Of a stretch of 30,537 bases of DNA, positions 16,675-25,004 are shown piece after piece; the first letter of the stretch is position 1, and each line of letters starts with the position of its first letter. Below the pieces are notes generated by a model. It was not told the DNA's origin. It made no database searches and was given only the letters and a program-made list of their open reading frames with translations. Location: positions 868,001-898,537 of the forward strand of contig CAWKCK010000017.1 in the NCBI GenBank assembly GCA_963848135.1, in the 5' to 3' direction. Made by a program: the position numbers and the translations under genes. Source of the stretch: an uncultured delta proteobacterium (GTDB lineage: Bacteria > Desulfobacterota > Desulfobacteria > Desulfobacterales > SG8-13).

Positions 16675-18204
16675 GTGGAAACAATCAGAATTGGATATGA
16701 TGGCCTGACGCTGGCGGATTTGGTAACAGTTGCCAGGGATAGGCGCCAGGTGGTCTTGACTGAAGGATCGGAAACCCGGATCCGAAAGGCCCGTCGACTG
16801 GTGGAACACTGGATCGCCGAGGGGAAGACTATCTATGGTATTACCACCGGTTTCGGCGCCCTGAGTGATGTCGCCATTAGTGCAATGAATACGCGCCGGT
16901 TACAGAAAAACATCATCATGAGTCACGCCGCAGGGGTGGGGTCTCCCCTGAACCCTGAAACGGTTCGCGCCGTACTGGTCCTGCGCATCAAAGACCTGGC
17001 CCGGGGGCATTCGGGTATTCGACTGGAAACCGTTCAACGTCTCATAGATCTGCTTAATCGAAACATCTGCCCGGTCATCCCTGAAAAAGGATCGGTGGGG
17101 GCCAGCGGGGACCTGGCGCCCCTGGCTCACCTCTCCCTGGTATTGCTCGGCAAGGGTGAGGCGTTTTATAACGGTGAAAAAATTCCGGGTGCCACCGCCT
17201 TGCAAATGTGCAAATTGAACCCGATTACCCTCGAGGCGGCCGAAGGTTTGGCGCTGGTCAACGGCACCCAGGTTATGACAGCCATCGGCGCTCTTTGCGT
17301 CAACGATGCCCTCCAGCTGTCCCAGTTAATCGACATCGCAGGTGCCATGAGTCTTGAAGTGTTGATGGGCAGTCGAACCGAATTCAATCCACGCATTCAC
17401 AGGGTCCGCCCCCACCCCGGGCAGGCCGCCGTGGCGGAGAACATGGAACGGATCATCCAGGACAGCGAAATCATCACCTCACACGAGGACTGCTATCGCA
17501 TCCAAGATGCCTACACCCTGCGGTGTTCCCCCCAAGTTCACGGTGCCACAAAAGACGCTATTGCCTATGCCCGCAACGTCATCGAAATCGAGATGAACGC
17601 GTCCACCAATAACCCGTTGATCTTTGCCGATCAGGAAGATTTCCTCTTGGGTGGTAATTTTCACGGTCAACCAGTAGGCCTTGCGCTCGATTTCCTTGGC
17701 ATGGCTGTCGCAGAGCTGGCAAATATTTCCGAACGACGCATCGAACGACTTGTCAATCCGCATCTGAGCGGTCTGCCGGCATTCCTGGTCAAAGACGGCG
17801 GTCTCAATTCAGGTTTCATGATAGCGCAGTATACAGCCGCCGCTCTCGTATCGGAAAACAAAGTCCTGGCTCACCCTGCCAGTGTCGACTCCATTCCGAC
17901 TTCGGCCAACAAAGAGGATCACGTATCGATGGGCACCATTGCGGCCAGAAAGAGCCGTACCATCATCGACAACGCCCGCGACGTCGTCGCCATAGAATTG
18001 CTGTGCGCCACCCAGGCCCTGGATCTTTTCACAAACCTGAAACCCGGCCGGGGAACCAAAGCCGCCTACGACGTCATCCGTAGCACCATCCCTCATCTGG
18101 AAACAGACCGTATCCTGTCGGCTGACATCGACTGCATGCGTCAACTGATGCAGAACGGCGACATTAAAGAGGCAGTTGAGGCCGCTGTGGGGAAACTAAA
18201 CTAA
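16675..18204 (+). CDS. hutH: Histidine ammonia-lyase
   Basis: YGITTGFG, GSVGASGDLAPL (ASG/MIO), NGTQ, QDAYTLRC.PQ, GGNFHG, SANKEDHVSMG; GTG start after AGGA. Confidence 0.97.
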   Translation: METIRIGYDGLTLADLVTVARDRRQVVLTEGSETRIRKARRLVEHWIAEGKTIYGITTGFGALSDVAISAMNTRRLQKNIIMSHAAGVGSPLNPETVRAVLVLRIKDLARGHSGIRLETVQRLIDLLNRNICPVIPEKGSVGASGDLAPLAHLSLVLLGKGEAFYNGEKIPGATALQMCKLNPITLEAAEGLALVNGTQVMTAIGALCVNDALQLSQLIDIAGAMSLEVLMGSRTEFNPRIHRVRPHPGQAAVAENMERIIQDSEIITSHEDCYRIQDAYTLRCSPQVHGATKDAIAYARNVIEIEMNASTNNPLIFADQEDFLLGGNFHGQPVGLALDFLGMAVAELANISERRIERLVNPHLSGLPAFLVKDGGLNSGFMIAQYTAAALVSENKVLAHPASVDSIPTSANKEDHVSMGTIAARKSRTIIDNARDVVAIELLCATQALDLFTNLKPGRGTKAAYDVIRSTIPHLETDRILSADIDCMRQLMQNGDIKEAVEAAVGKLN

Positions 18205-18341
18205 CCCCTTTTGGCTGAGGCTTCAATCCACAAGACGCGTTCCCTGAAGGATTCTGCCTGCGGATAAAGAAAACGCTCCTCACCATGGCTTTGGTGCAGG
18301 ATAGCCGAGCAAACTGCCGCAGACGTCATAAACATCAATTA

Positions 18342-18370
18342 TTGACGGGCCGGATTGCGGGCAGTATGGT
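18342..18370 (+). promoter_or_regulatory. sigma70-type promoter upstream of the EamA gene
   Basis: TTGACG, N17, TATGGT. Confidence 0.55.
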
Positions 18371-18404
18371 GCACATTTTTGTCTGATGGATGGACTGATA
18401 TTCA

Positions 18405-18569
18405 AGAAGTTATCTCAAATTTTGGATATTCGGTCGAAATCAAAGCGAGACCGAGGATCTACCCGCAGGCATACTCACGTATGTCGGGGACTTGAGACAA
18501 GGGCTCAACGCCGGGATTTATCCGCCTCTGGCAGATCGGGCGAAAAGACTTTCTTGAGATGCCTTCTAA
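18405..18569. mobile_element. ~165-bp non-coding element with terminal inverted repeats (MITE/REP-like)
   Basis: Left end AGAAGTTATCTCAA (18406-18419) versus reverse complement of right end AGAAGGCATCTCAA (18554-18567), 12/14 identical; internal hairpins CATAC-tcac-GTATG and ATCCGCC-tct-GGCAGAT; related copy at 21371-21399. Confidence 0.6.
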
Positions 18570-18588
18570 TGAGTCAACAAGGAAAACG

Positions 18589-19521
18589 ATGCCTTCTCAA
18601 ACACTGAAGTCGGACGCATTGCTCCTTCTCACTGCCACCATATGGGGGTTTGCATTTGTTGCCCAGCGAGTGGGCATGGATTACGTGGGACCTTTCACCT
18701 TCAACGGCATCCGCTTTGCTCTGGGTGGTTTGGTCCTTATCCCATTTATTTTGAAACAAAGTGGAAGAGGCCGTTCCGAGGCCGTTTTACCGGGTCCAAA
18801 AGGGGCTGGACAGCTTTTTTCGGGCGGTTGTCTTGCCGGTGTCATCCTGTTCACGGGCGCCTCACTCCAACAGACAGGACTTGTTTATACGACGGCCGGG
18901 AATGCCGGTTTTATTACCGGCCTGTACGTTGTGATTGTTCCAATTCTGGGCACAATTTTCAGGTTACAAGCTAATTCAGGCACGTGGATCGGCGCATTAC
19001 TGGCTGCCGTTGGACTCTATTTCTTGAGTATTACCGATCAGTTTACCATTGCCTCTGGTGATCTGCTCGTGCTGGCGGGGGCTTTCTTCTGGGCCGCTCA
19101 TGTTCTGGTCATCGGCTGGTTGTCGCCGCGTTCAGATAGCCTCAAACTGGCATTGACCCAGTTTATGGTCTGTTCCTTGCTGAGCCTCCTAACGGCAATC
19201 ATATTTGAAAAGATCGCCTTATCCAGTATCTTGCAAGCTGCGATTCCCATACTTTATGGTGGTGTTTTGTCCGTCGGTGTGGCGTACACTCTACAAGTCG
19301 TCGCCCAGCGCGATTCCCATCCGGCCCATGCCGCCATCCTACTGAGCCTGGAAGCCGTATTCGCCGCAATTGGCGGATGGATTATGCTGGGAGAACGATT
19401 GACGGCCAGGGGATTGACCGGCTGTGGGCTGATGCTGGCCGGCATGCTGATCTCCCAGCTTTGGGGCCTGGTAAAACCGCCCGCTATAAACAAATCTGTT
19501 ATAAAACAAACTTCGCTTTGA
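18589..19521 (+). CDS. EamA/DMT family transporter
   Basis: About 10 TM segments; IWGFAFVAQR, FNGIRF, AGFITGLYVV.VP, GVAYTLQ..AQ, LSLEAVFA; start set at ATG 18589 after AAGGA. Confidence 0.92.
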   Translation: MPSQTLKSDALLLLTATIWGFAFVAQRVGMDYVGPFTFNGIRFALGGLVLIPFILKQSGRGRSEAVLPGPKGAGQLFSGGCLAGVILFTGASLQQTGLVYTTAGNAGFITGLYVVIVPILGTIFRLQANSGTWIGALLAAVGLYFLSITDQFTIASGDLLVLAGAFFWAAHVLVIGWLSPRSDSLKLALTQFMVCSLLSLLTAIIFEKIALSSILQAAIPILYGGVLSVGVAYTLQVVAQRDSHPAHAAILLSLEAVFAAIGGWIMLGERLTARGLTGCGLMLAGMLISQLWGLVKPPAINKSVIKQTSL

Positions 19522-19633
19522 CCTTCGAAAGCGGTAACACCGGAATTCAACGACCACTAATGCTTACCTATAAGTGCAGTTACTGTTTCCTGCGATAACC
19601 GTACATCCCAGTGCTGTAGAGAGACAAGCCGCA

Positions 19634-20353
19634 ATGCCAATCAATGTCGATAATGACGAAATCAAGAAATTTGAGGCGCAAACATCCCAGTGGTGGAAAA
19701 AAACCGGGGAGTTCAAAGGGCTCCACGACATCAACCCGCTGCGTCTCAACTATATTGACACGCGTTCGCCCCTGGCTGAAAAATCAGTGCTCGATGTCGG
19801 CTGTGGTGGGGGTATCCTGGCCGAAGGTATGGCGGAACGCGGCGCGCGGGTGACGGGTATCGATGCCGGTGAAGCGCCTTTGATCGTTGCCGTCAAACAC
19901 GCTCTGGACAGCGGGCTTGATATCGTCTACCGTAGAATTACGGTCGAAGAATTGGCCGAAACTGAGTCCGGTGCCTATGATGTCGTAACCTGCATGGAAT
20001 TGTTGGAACACGTTCCGAATCCACCTTCCGTTGTTCAGGCCTGCGGTCGTCTGGTGAAGCCCGGTGGGGATGTCTTTTTTGCAACGCTCAACCGAAACTG
20101 GGTATCTTTCCTTCTGGCCATCATTGCCGCGGAATATGTTCTAGGTATTGTAAAGAAAGGAACCCACAGCTACCGCAAGTTTATCAAACCATCTGAACTC
20201 GACCGCTGGGCTGCAGACGCCAGACTGGCACAATGCAACCTGACCGGATTGCAATACAATCCGGTTTTCAAGAAAAAACGGCTCGGCGGAAAGGCCACCG
20301 TCAACTATCTGATGCATTTCAGGAAAAGCATCGATCGATCAATGGCGCAATGA
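19634..20353 (+). CDS. ubiG: UbiG-type SAM-dependent O-methyltransferase
   Basis: NVDNDEIKKF...WW..TGEFKGLHDINPLRL.YI, VLDVGCGGGILAEGMA, CMELLEHVP, AAEYVL..V.KGTH.Y.KFIKPSEL, VNYL all match UbiG. Confidence 0.88.
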   Translation: MPINVDNDEIKKFEAQTSQWWKKTGEFKGLHDINPLRLNYIDTRSPLAEKSVLDVGCGGGILAEGMAERGARVTGIDAGEAPLIVAVKHALDSGLDIVYRRITVEELAETESGAYDVVTCMELLEHVPNPPSVVQACGRLVKPGGDVFFATLNRNWVSFLLAIIAAEYVLGIVKKGTHSYRKFIKPSELDRWAADARLAQCNLTGLQYNPVFKKKRLGGKATVNYLMHFRKSIDRSMAQ

Positions 20354-20370
20354 CAGTTAAGGAATAAATA

Positions 20371-20871
20371 ATGGACCCAGATATAGAAGCGCACTATAAA
20401 ACTCTTCCTGTACAGGACAACCACATGTGCTTTGCCTGCGGCCCGGCAAACCCGGCGGGCCTTCATATGCGCTTTTCCGCCGGCAGAGACCGGGTTGTTT
20501 CCTATCTGCGGGTACCCGGGCATCTGCGGGGCTGGAGTACCATGGTGCACGGCGGCGTCATTTCCACCATTCTCGATGAAATCATGAGTTGGGCGGCCAT
20601 TCATATATTTAAATCGGTCATACTGACAAAGTCCATGACGGTCGAGTTCAAGAAACCGGTCCATGTCGACCAGCCGCTCAAGGCTGTCGGAACGGTCCTT
20701 GAAATCAGGAATGAAAGGGAAGCGGTAATGAAAGGTCAGCTCTATTCGCAGGTGGAAGATGAACTGCACGCCACTGCCGAGGGTGTGTTCGCTCTTCTCA
20801 AGCCGAAAGTGGCCCTCAAACTGGGGATTGTCAACGAACAGAACCTGAAAGATTTGCTGCCGGATATTTAA
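20371..20871 (+). CDS. PaaI/hotdog-fold thioesterase
   Basis: CFACG.ANP.GL, VHGGVISTILDE, VEFKKPV motifs. Confidence 0.88.
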   Translation: MDPDIEAHYKTLPVQDNHMCFACGPANPAGLHMRFSAGRDRVVSYLRVPGHLRGWSTMVHGGVISTILDEIMSWAAIHIFKSVILTKSMTVEFKKPVHVDQPLKAVGTVLEIRNEREAVMKGQLYSQVEDELHATAEGVFALLKPKVALKLGIVNEQNLKDLLPDI

Positions 20872-20918
20872 TCTATACCCATCAGGGGCAGGAAAACGGT
20901 CAGGAAGGAGGTACCTCC

Positions 20919-21260
20919 ATGGTCATTGCGAATTTTCTCAAGACGGCTGAAAAGTTTGAAATCCAAGCCTACAAACGACCGAAAGATCATAAAGTATTGA
21001 GAAATACCCATGTTGCGTTCAGCGGGTCCCCACAGAAACACCCGTTCGACGCGCACAGGGTTATTCTGGTCACGGACCCTTACAGCACAAACACGATATT
21101 CTACGAGTTCATGAAGAAAGACATCTCCTATGTCGAGGAACTACCCAATCTCGTCGGCCTCGACGGAGATACCGTAATGGTGGTTCGAATCTGGGTCAAA
21201 AAGCGCAGCATTGCTGTCCGCAGTTCGGCATTCATTGTGGACGACACAATGGTATTGTGA
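20919..21260 (+). CDS. Conserved hypothetical protein; as I recall, the family is often labelled 'inorganic pyrophosphatase Ppa' in Desulfobacterota
   Basis: Strong RBS AAGGAGG; FSGSPQKHP.D..RVILV.DP...FYEF...DI..VEEL...VRIWVK. No family I PPase DxDxxD motif, so the function is not supported. Confidence 0.7.
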   Translation: MVIANFLKTAEKFEIQAYKRPKDHKVLRNTHVAFSGSPQKHPFDAHRVILVTDPYSTNTIFYEFMKKDISYVEELPNLVGLDGDTVMVVRIWVKKRSIAVRSSAFIVDDTMVL

Positions 21261-21370
21261 ACGCCACCGGTGCAGCCGGCAGTATTTTCACCGACGCCAG
21301 TGCCGGCATGAATTAAGATCCGTGATATGCATATCTCCCATCTGGAAATCCTCCGCGAAGAGAAAATATT

Positions 21371-21399
21371 GAAAATCCTAATTTTGAGATAATTTCTAG
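21371..21399 (-). repeat. Partial copy of the left end of the 18405-18569 element
   Basis: Reverse complement AGAAATTATCTCAAAATTAGGATTTTC versus AGAAGTTATCTCAAATTTTGGATATTC (23/27 identical). Confidence 0.6.
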
Positions 21400-21551
21400 T
21401 CTTTCAGAGTTTCCTGTGATTTATCGAACAGTTCTTTTTTGCTTCCGGTATAATCCGGAATGTCAAAATAAGGAATATCGACGATCCTAAACCATTCGAG
21501 TAAAAAGAGGATCACTAATAAACATAAAGAATACCCGATAAATTTTCGCAT
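21396..21551 (-). CDS. Small single-TM membrane protein (51 aa)
   Basis: GGAG RBS before ATG 21551; MRKFIGYSLCLLVILFLLEWFRIVDIPYFDIPDYTGSKKELFDKSQETLKD. Confidence 0.7.
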   Translation of the reverse strand: MRKFIGYSLCLLVILFLLEWFRIVDIPYFDIPDYTGSKKELFDKSQETLKD

Positions 21552-21780
21552 GACATACTCCGGCCAATGAACCATATGTTTCGTTGAATGCGAGTACCCC
21601 TTCTCGAGAAAAACTGTAGAATACTCCCGACGCTTTACCGGGAATGCCGATCTCGGCGCCCCAATGCCTTCACCGAAGCCCATTGATGGGTTCTTTAAAG
21701 GCGTCAACTTAGATAAAAATTTGCATAACTCTGATTTTATAGTACAATTATATAGTGAAAATCAAATAGCCGGAGGCGAA

Positions 21781-22167
21781 ATGGGAAAAAACAAGGTTGT
21801 CGTGAGGTTCAAGGACGGGTCAGTCTTAAAGGGTAACACCAGTGACTTCCTGCCGAATAAGAGTCAATTTCATCTGGAGTCCGAGGAAGGTGAGGTCATC
21901 GCCGTCAGTGTGGAAAAGCTGAAAGCCATCTTCTTTGTCAAAGATTTTGTGGGTGACAAGGAACATGTGGAATCATACAAAGATGAGATGACCGGTTACG
22001 GCCGCAAGATAAAGGTGATGTTCGCCGATGGAGAAACAATTATTGGCTACACGATGGGATATTCTCCCGATCGCCCGGGTTTCTACATCACGCCTGCGGA
22101 AACGAAAAGCAACAACGAACGCGTTTTCGTCGTAAAATCGGCCAGTGAAAGAATTGATTTCATATAG
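21781..22167 (+). CDS. DUF6982-like conserved hypothetical protein (two similar beta-rich halves)
   Basis: RBS GGAGG; KVVVRFKDG..LKG.T.DF.P and KIKVMFADGE.I.G.T.GY.P internal duplication; LKAIFFVKDF and SNN.RVFVV motifs. Confidence 0.75.
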   Translation: MGKNKVVVRFKDGSVLKGNTSDFLPNKSQFHLESEEGEVIAVSVEKLKAIFFVKDFVGDKEHVESYKDEMTGYGRKIKVMFADGETIIGYTMGYSPDRPGFYITPAETKSNNERVFVVKSASERIDFI

Positions 22168-22355
22168 AGCGGCTTTTGACCGATAAATTGCGAACGCGGT
22201 AGCAAAGTCCTGCGCCAGACTATCCCCACCGAGTGCCCCGCCATGAGTGGTTCATAAATGATTGGTTTTTCACTGGGCAGAGTAGATTTATGCTCTCAGG
22301 TTGACGCGAAATCCCGCTGTTTTTTAGCGCAGGCCGCACAGAGTAAAAAAGGCCT

Positions 22356-24587
22356 TTATGGTTGGACACTGACCGAATTGACGCTGAGAACAGTTCTGAC
22401 CTTTTCTGAAAGCTCTTTGATGGTGAAGGGCTTTTGAATGAACCCGTTGCATCCCCGGTTCATGATATCCTTTGCCTGACTGTCAAGACTATAACCACTC
22501 GAAAGCAACACCTTGATGCCGGGATCGAGTTGTTTGAGCCTGTCATAGGTTTGCCTGCCGTTTTGGACCGGCATAATCATATCGAGAATAATACAGCCGA
22601 TTCGGTTTCGATAAGACCGGTAAGTGTCCACTGCCTCCATACCGTTTTCAGCGGTGAGAACTTCATATCCAAGCTTTTGAAGCAGCCGTGAAGACACTTC
22701 GAGTACCATTTTTTCATCATCTACCAGTAAAATGGTTTCCGATCCCGTCAGCGTTCTCCCGGTCTTCTTCTCTTCCGGGATGACTTCTTTGTCAGTGGCC
22801 GGTAGGAAAATGGTAAACGTCGTTCCCTTGTCTGGTTTGCTTTTCACCTGAATGTGACCATTGTGGTTGCGGATAATCCCGTATACCGAAGACAATCCCA
22901 GACCGGTACCACGGCCCATTTCCTTGGTGGTATAAAATGGGTCGTAAATCTTTTTGATCGTTTCTGTGGACATACCGATGCCCGTATCGGTTATGGATAT
23001 ACTGACGAATTTGCTATCTCCTTTGCCGGTAATGGCAACGGCATTGTGATGGTTGTCTATGTTGGCGGTTTTAATAACCAATTCTCCACCACTCGGCATG
23101 GCTTCCCAGGCGTTGACCAAGAGATTCAACAATACTTGGTTTATTTGCCCTTCGTCGACTTCAGTCGCCCAAATCTTGTTCTGGTATTCTTTTTTCACCA
23201 ATAATTCTTTCCTGGTCCTGCTGAACATGTCGATATTCTGATCGATAAGATGATTGATGTTCAATGCTTTGATTTCATATTTACCGCTACGGGCAAAACC
23301 CAGAAGTTGGCGGGTCAGCTCGGTCGCGTTTTGCACATAAACCTCGATGCTTTGAAGGTGTTCATTGAAGGGGTTCGCCGGGTCGCACTCGGCCAGCATC
23401 AATGATACACGACCCTGGACACCCATTAGGATGTTATTGAAATCGTGTGCAACACCGCCGGCCAAGCGCCCGATACTGTCCATCCTTTCGGCCTGTGACA
23501 ATTGGCTTTCCATTTTCTTTCGTTCGGTGATATCGCGCACGAATTCGACGACCCCGGTAATTTTACCGCTGTCGCGATCGGTAATCGGATAACTGAAGAG
23601 TTCCAGCCATTCCACTGAGGTCCCGGCTGGCCCCCGTACGATTTCTACCTCGGTGTTACCGGTTGCCAGACATCTGAGGGTGGAGCACGGCTCACAAGGC
23701 GTTGATGAATTATGAAAGCACTCGTGACACTTTTTTCCGATCAAAGAGGTGGTTTCGCCATACCAATTCGTCATGACACTGTTGATATGTCGGATGGTGA
23801 GATCTACGTCTAAAACGCTGATTCCGTCCTGTATGCTTTCGATGATGCTGTCCAAAAAAAATTCACTGTCGCGTAAAGCCTTTTCGATGCGCCGGCGTTC
23901 TTCAACTTCATTCTGCAGCTCACGGTTTGATTCAAATAGGTCGGTTGTCTTTTCCTGGACCTTATTGAATGCCTTTTCCAGTTTCCGGTTCGACAAATTG
24001 AGTTGAGCCTGGGCATATCCCCGTGACATTTCCATGACCAGGGCAATAAAATAAATCGTCATATAGGCCGTGATATAGCGAATGATAATATCGGTATTGT
24101 ACGCAGTCAGCATCGGGATGTGAAACCCGGCGGCAAAGATTGCACCGGCCAACCCCAACTGTATAAGCGACACCAACGAACCCAACCGCGGACCAAGCAG
24201 GGAAAGCGCAATCAACGGATAAACAAAGGCCCACACGAAACCGGTTTTACTGACCCCGCCATGGCCGATAAGAAAAGAAAAAAATAGGCCGATTCCGATT
24301 GTACCAATGATTTCAAGTTTTTTTGTATCATCGCTTTTCTTTAGGCGGGTGAAGATGATAACGACAAAACCGAGAATGATCAGGTCCACCGCTCCCAGCA
24401 ACACGTAGTGTTGAAAGAAGGCAACAATCATCAAGCATGCAAGGAAGATACCCCCTACAATAACGATGAAATTGAGCAAAAATGTCTTGCGGACCCGTTC
24501 AATATTGTCGGCAACATCGTTACCGCGCTCGATTTGTCCCAACATCCGATCTCGCAGCGTCAAACTCAGCTCTCTAAGCATAATCAC
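22356..24587 (-). CDS. Membrane-bound PAS hybrid sensor histidine kinase/response regulator
   Basis: About 5-6 N-terminal TMs, coiled coil, Cys-containing PAS ending RDITERK, H-box GGVAHDFNNIL, N-box NLLVNA, DTGIG, FYTTK, GTGLGL, receiver LLVDDE...ILDMIMP...FIQKPF. Start GTG 24587 or ATG 24581. Confidence 0.93.
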   Translation of the reverse strand: MIMLRELSLTLRDRMLGQIERGNDVADNIERVRKTFLLNFIVIVGGIFLACLMIVAFFQHYVLLGAVDLIILGFVVIIFTRLKKSDDTKKLEIIGTIGIGLFFSFLIGHGGVSKTGFVWAFVYPLIALSLLGPRLGSLVSLIQLGLAGAIFAAGFHIPMLTAYNTDIIIRYITAYMTIYFIALVMEMSRGYAQAQLNLSNRKLEKAFNKVQEKTTDLFESNRELQNEVEERRRIEKALRDSEFFLDSIIESIQDGISVLDVDLTIRHINSVMTNWYGETTSLIGKKCHECFHNSSTPCEPCSTLRCLATGNTEVEIVRGPAGTSVEWLELFSYPITDRDSGKITGVVEFVRDITERKKMESQLSQAERMDSIGRLAGGVAHDFNNILMGVQGRVSLMLAECDPANPFNEHLQSIEVYVQNATELTRQLLGFARSGKYEIKALNINHLIDQNIDMFSRTRKELLVKKEYQNKIWATEVDEGQINQVLLNLLVNAWEAMPSGGELVIKTANIDNHHNAVAITGKGDSKFVSISITDTGIGMSTETIKKIYDPFYTTKEMGRGTGLGLSSVYGIIRNHNGHIQVKSKPDKGTTFTIFLPATDKEVIPEEKKTGRTLTGSETILLVDDEKMVLEVSSRLLQKLGYEVLTAENGMEAVDTYRSYRNRIGCIILDMIMPVQNGRQTYDRLKQLDPGIKVLLSSGYSLDSQAKDIMNRGCNGFIQKPFTIKELSEKVRTVLSVNSVSVQP

Positions 24588-24714
24588 TCTAAACCTAATC
24601 GGATTTAATTATTTACAGTTATGGCTTAGCGTTGGACAGGATCGCAACCCTGGCATATCCGTAAGCCTGAATTACGGCGTTTCCGGGTTGTCAAAACCGG
24701 ACCTGCATAGATCT

Positions 24715-24741
24715 TTATCGGCTGAATTCAAATAAAATTAA
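24715..24741 (-). promoter_or_regulatory. sigma28 (FliA)-type promoter for the hybrid kinase
   Basis: Minus strand TTAA, N15, GCCGATAA; the consensus is TAAA-N15-GCCGATAA. Confidence 0.65.
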
Positions 24742-24869
24742 GTCGCGGCAGGAAATTATGTGGCCAAACAAGCAGGGTAATGGGGATCCAATAGTTCAAT
24801 GACAGTGGCGAACGTCAGGGACTTGAGACTACCGCCCCTAACCAAGCCGAAGGCGCGCACATATCGGTC

Positions 24870-24923
24870 CGACACTATGATGGCGGATCGACCGGTGGTC
24901 GTCGGTCCGCTATCATAGTGTCG
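24870..24923 (+). repeat. 23-bp inverted repeat / long hairpin with 8-nt loop
   Basis: CGACACTATGATGGCGGATCGAC (24870-24892) pairs with GTCGGTCCGCTATCATAGTGTCG (24901-24923): 21 Watson-Crick plus 2 G-T pairs on the + strand. Confidence 0.8.
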
Positions 24924-25004
24924 TATGCGTTCCCTTGGTATAAAAGGAACGCTGTCTTAATTTCATGAAACAATAAGATTGGATATCACTGCGAAGAAGA
25001 AGCG

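Noticed and set aside
18386..18607. 73-aa ORF upstream of the EamA gene
   Set aside because: Spans the inverted-repeat element, overlaps the transporter start and has no protein-like features.
20919..21260. Assignment as inorganic pyrophosphatase (ppa)
   Set aside because: Too short and lacks the family I DxDxxD and family II DHH motifs; left as hypothetical.
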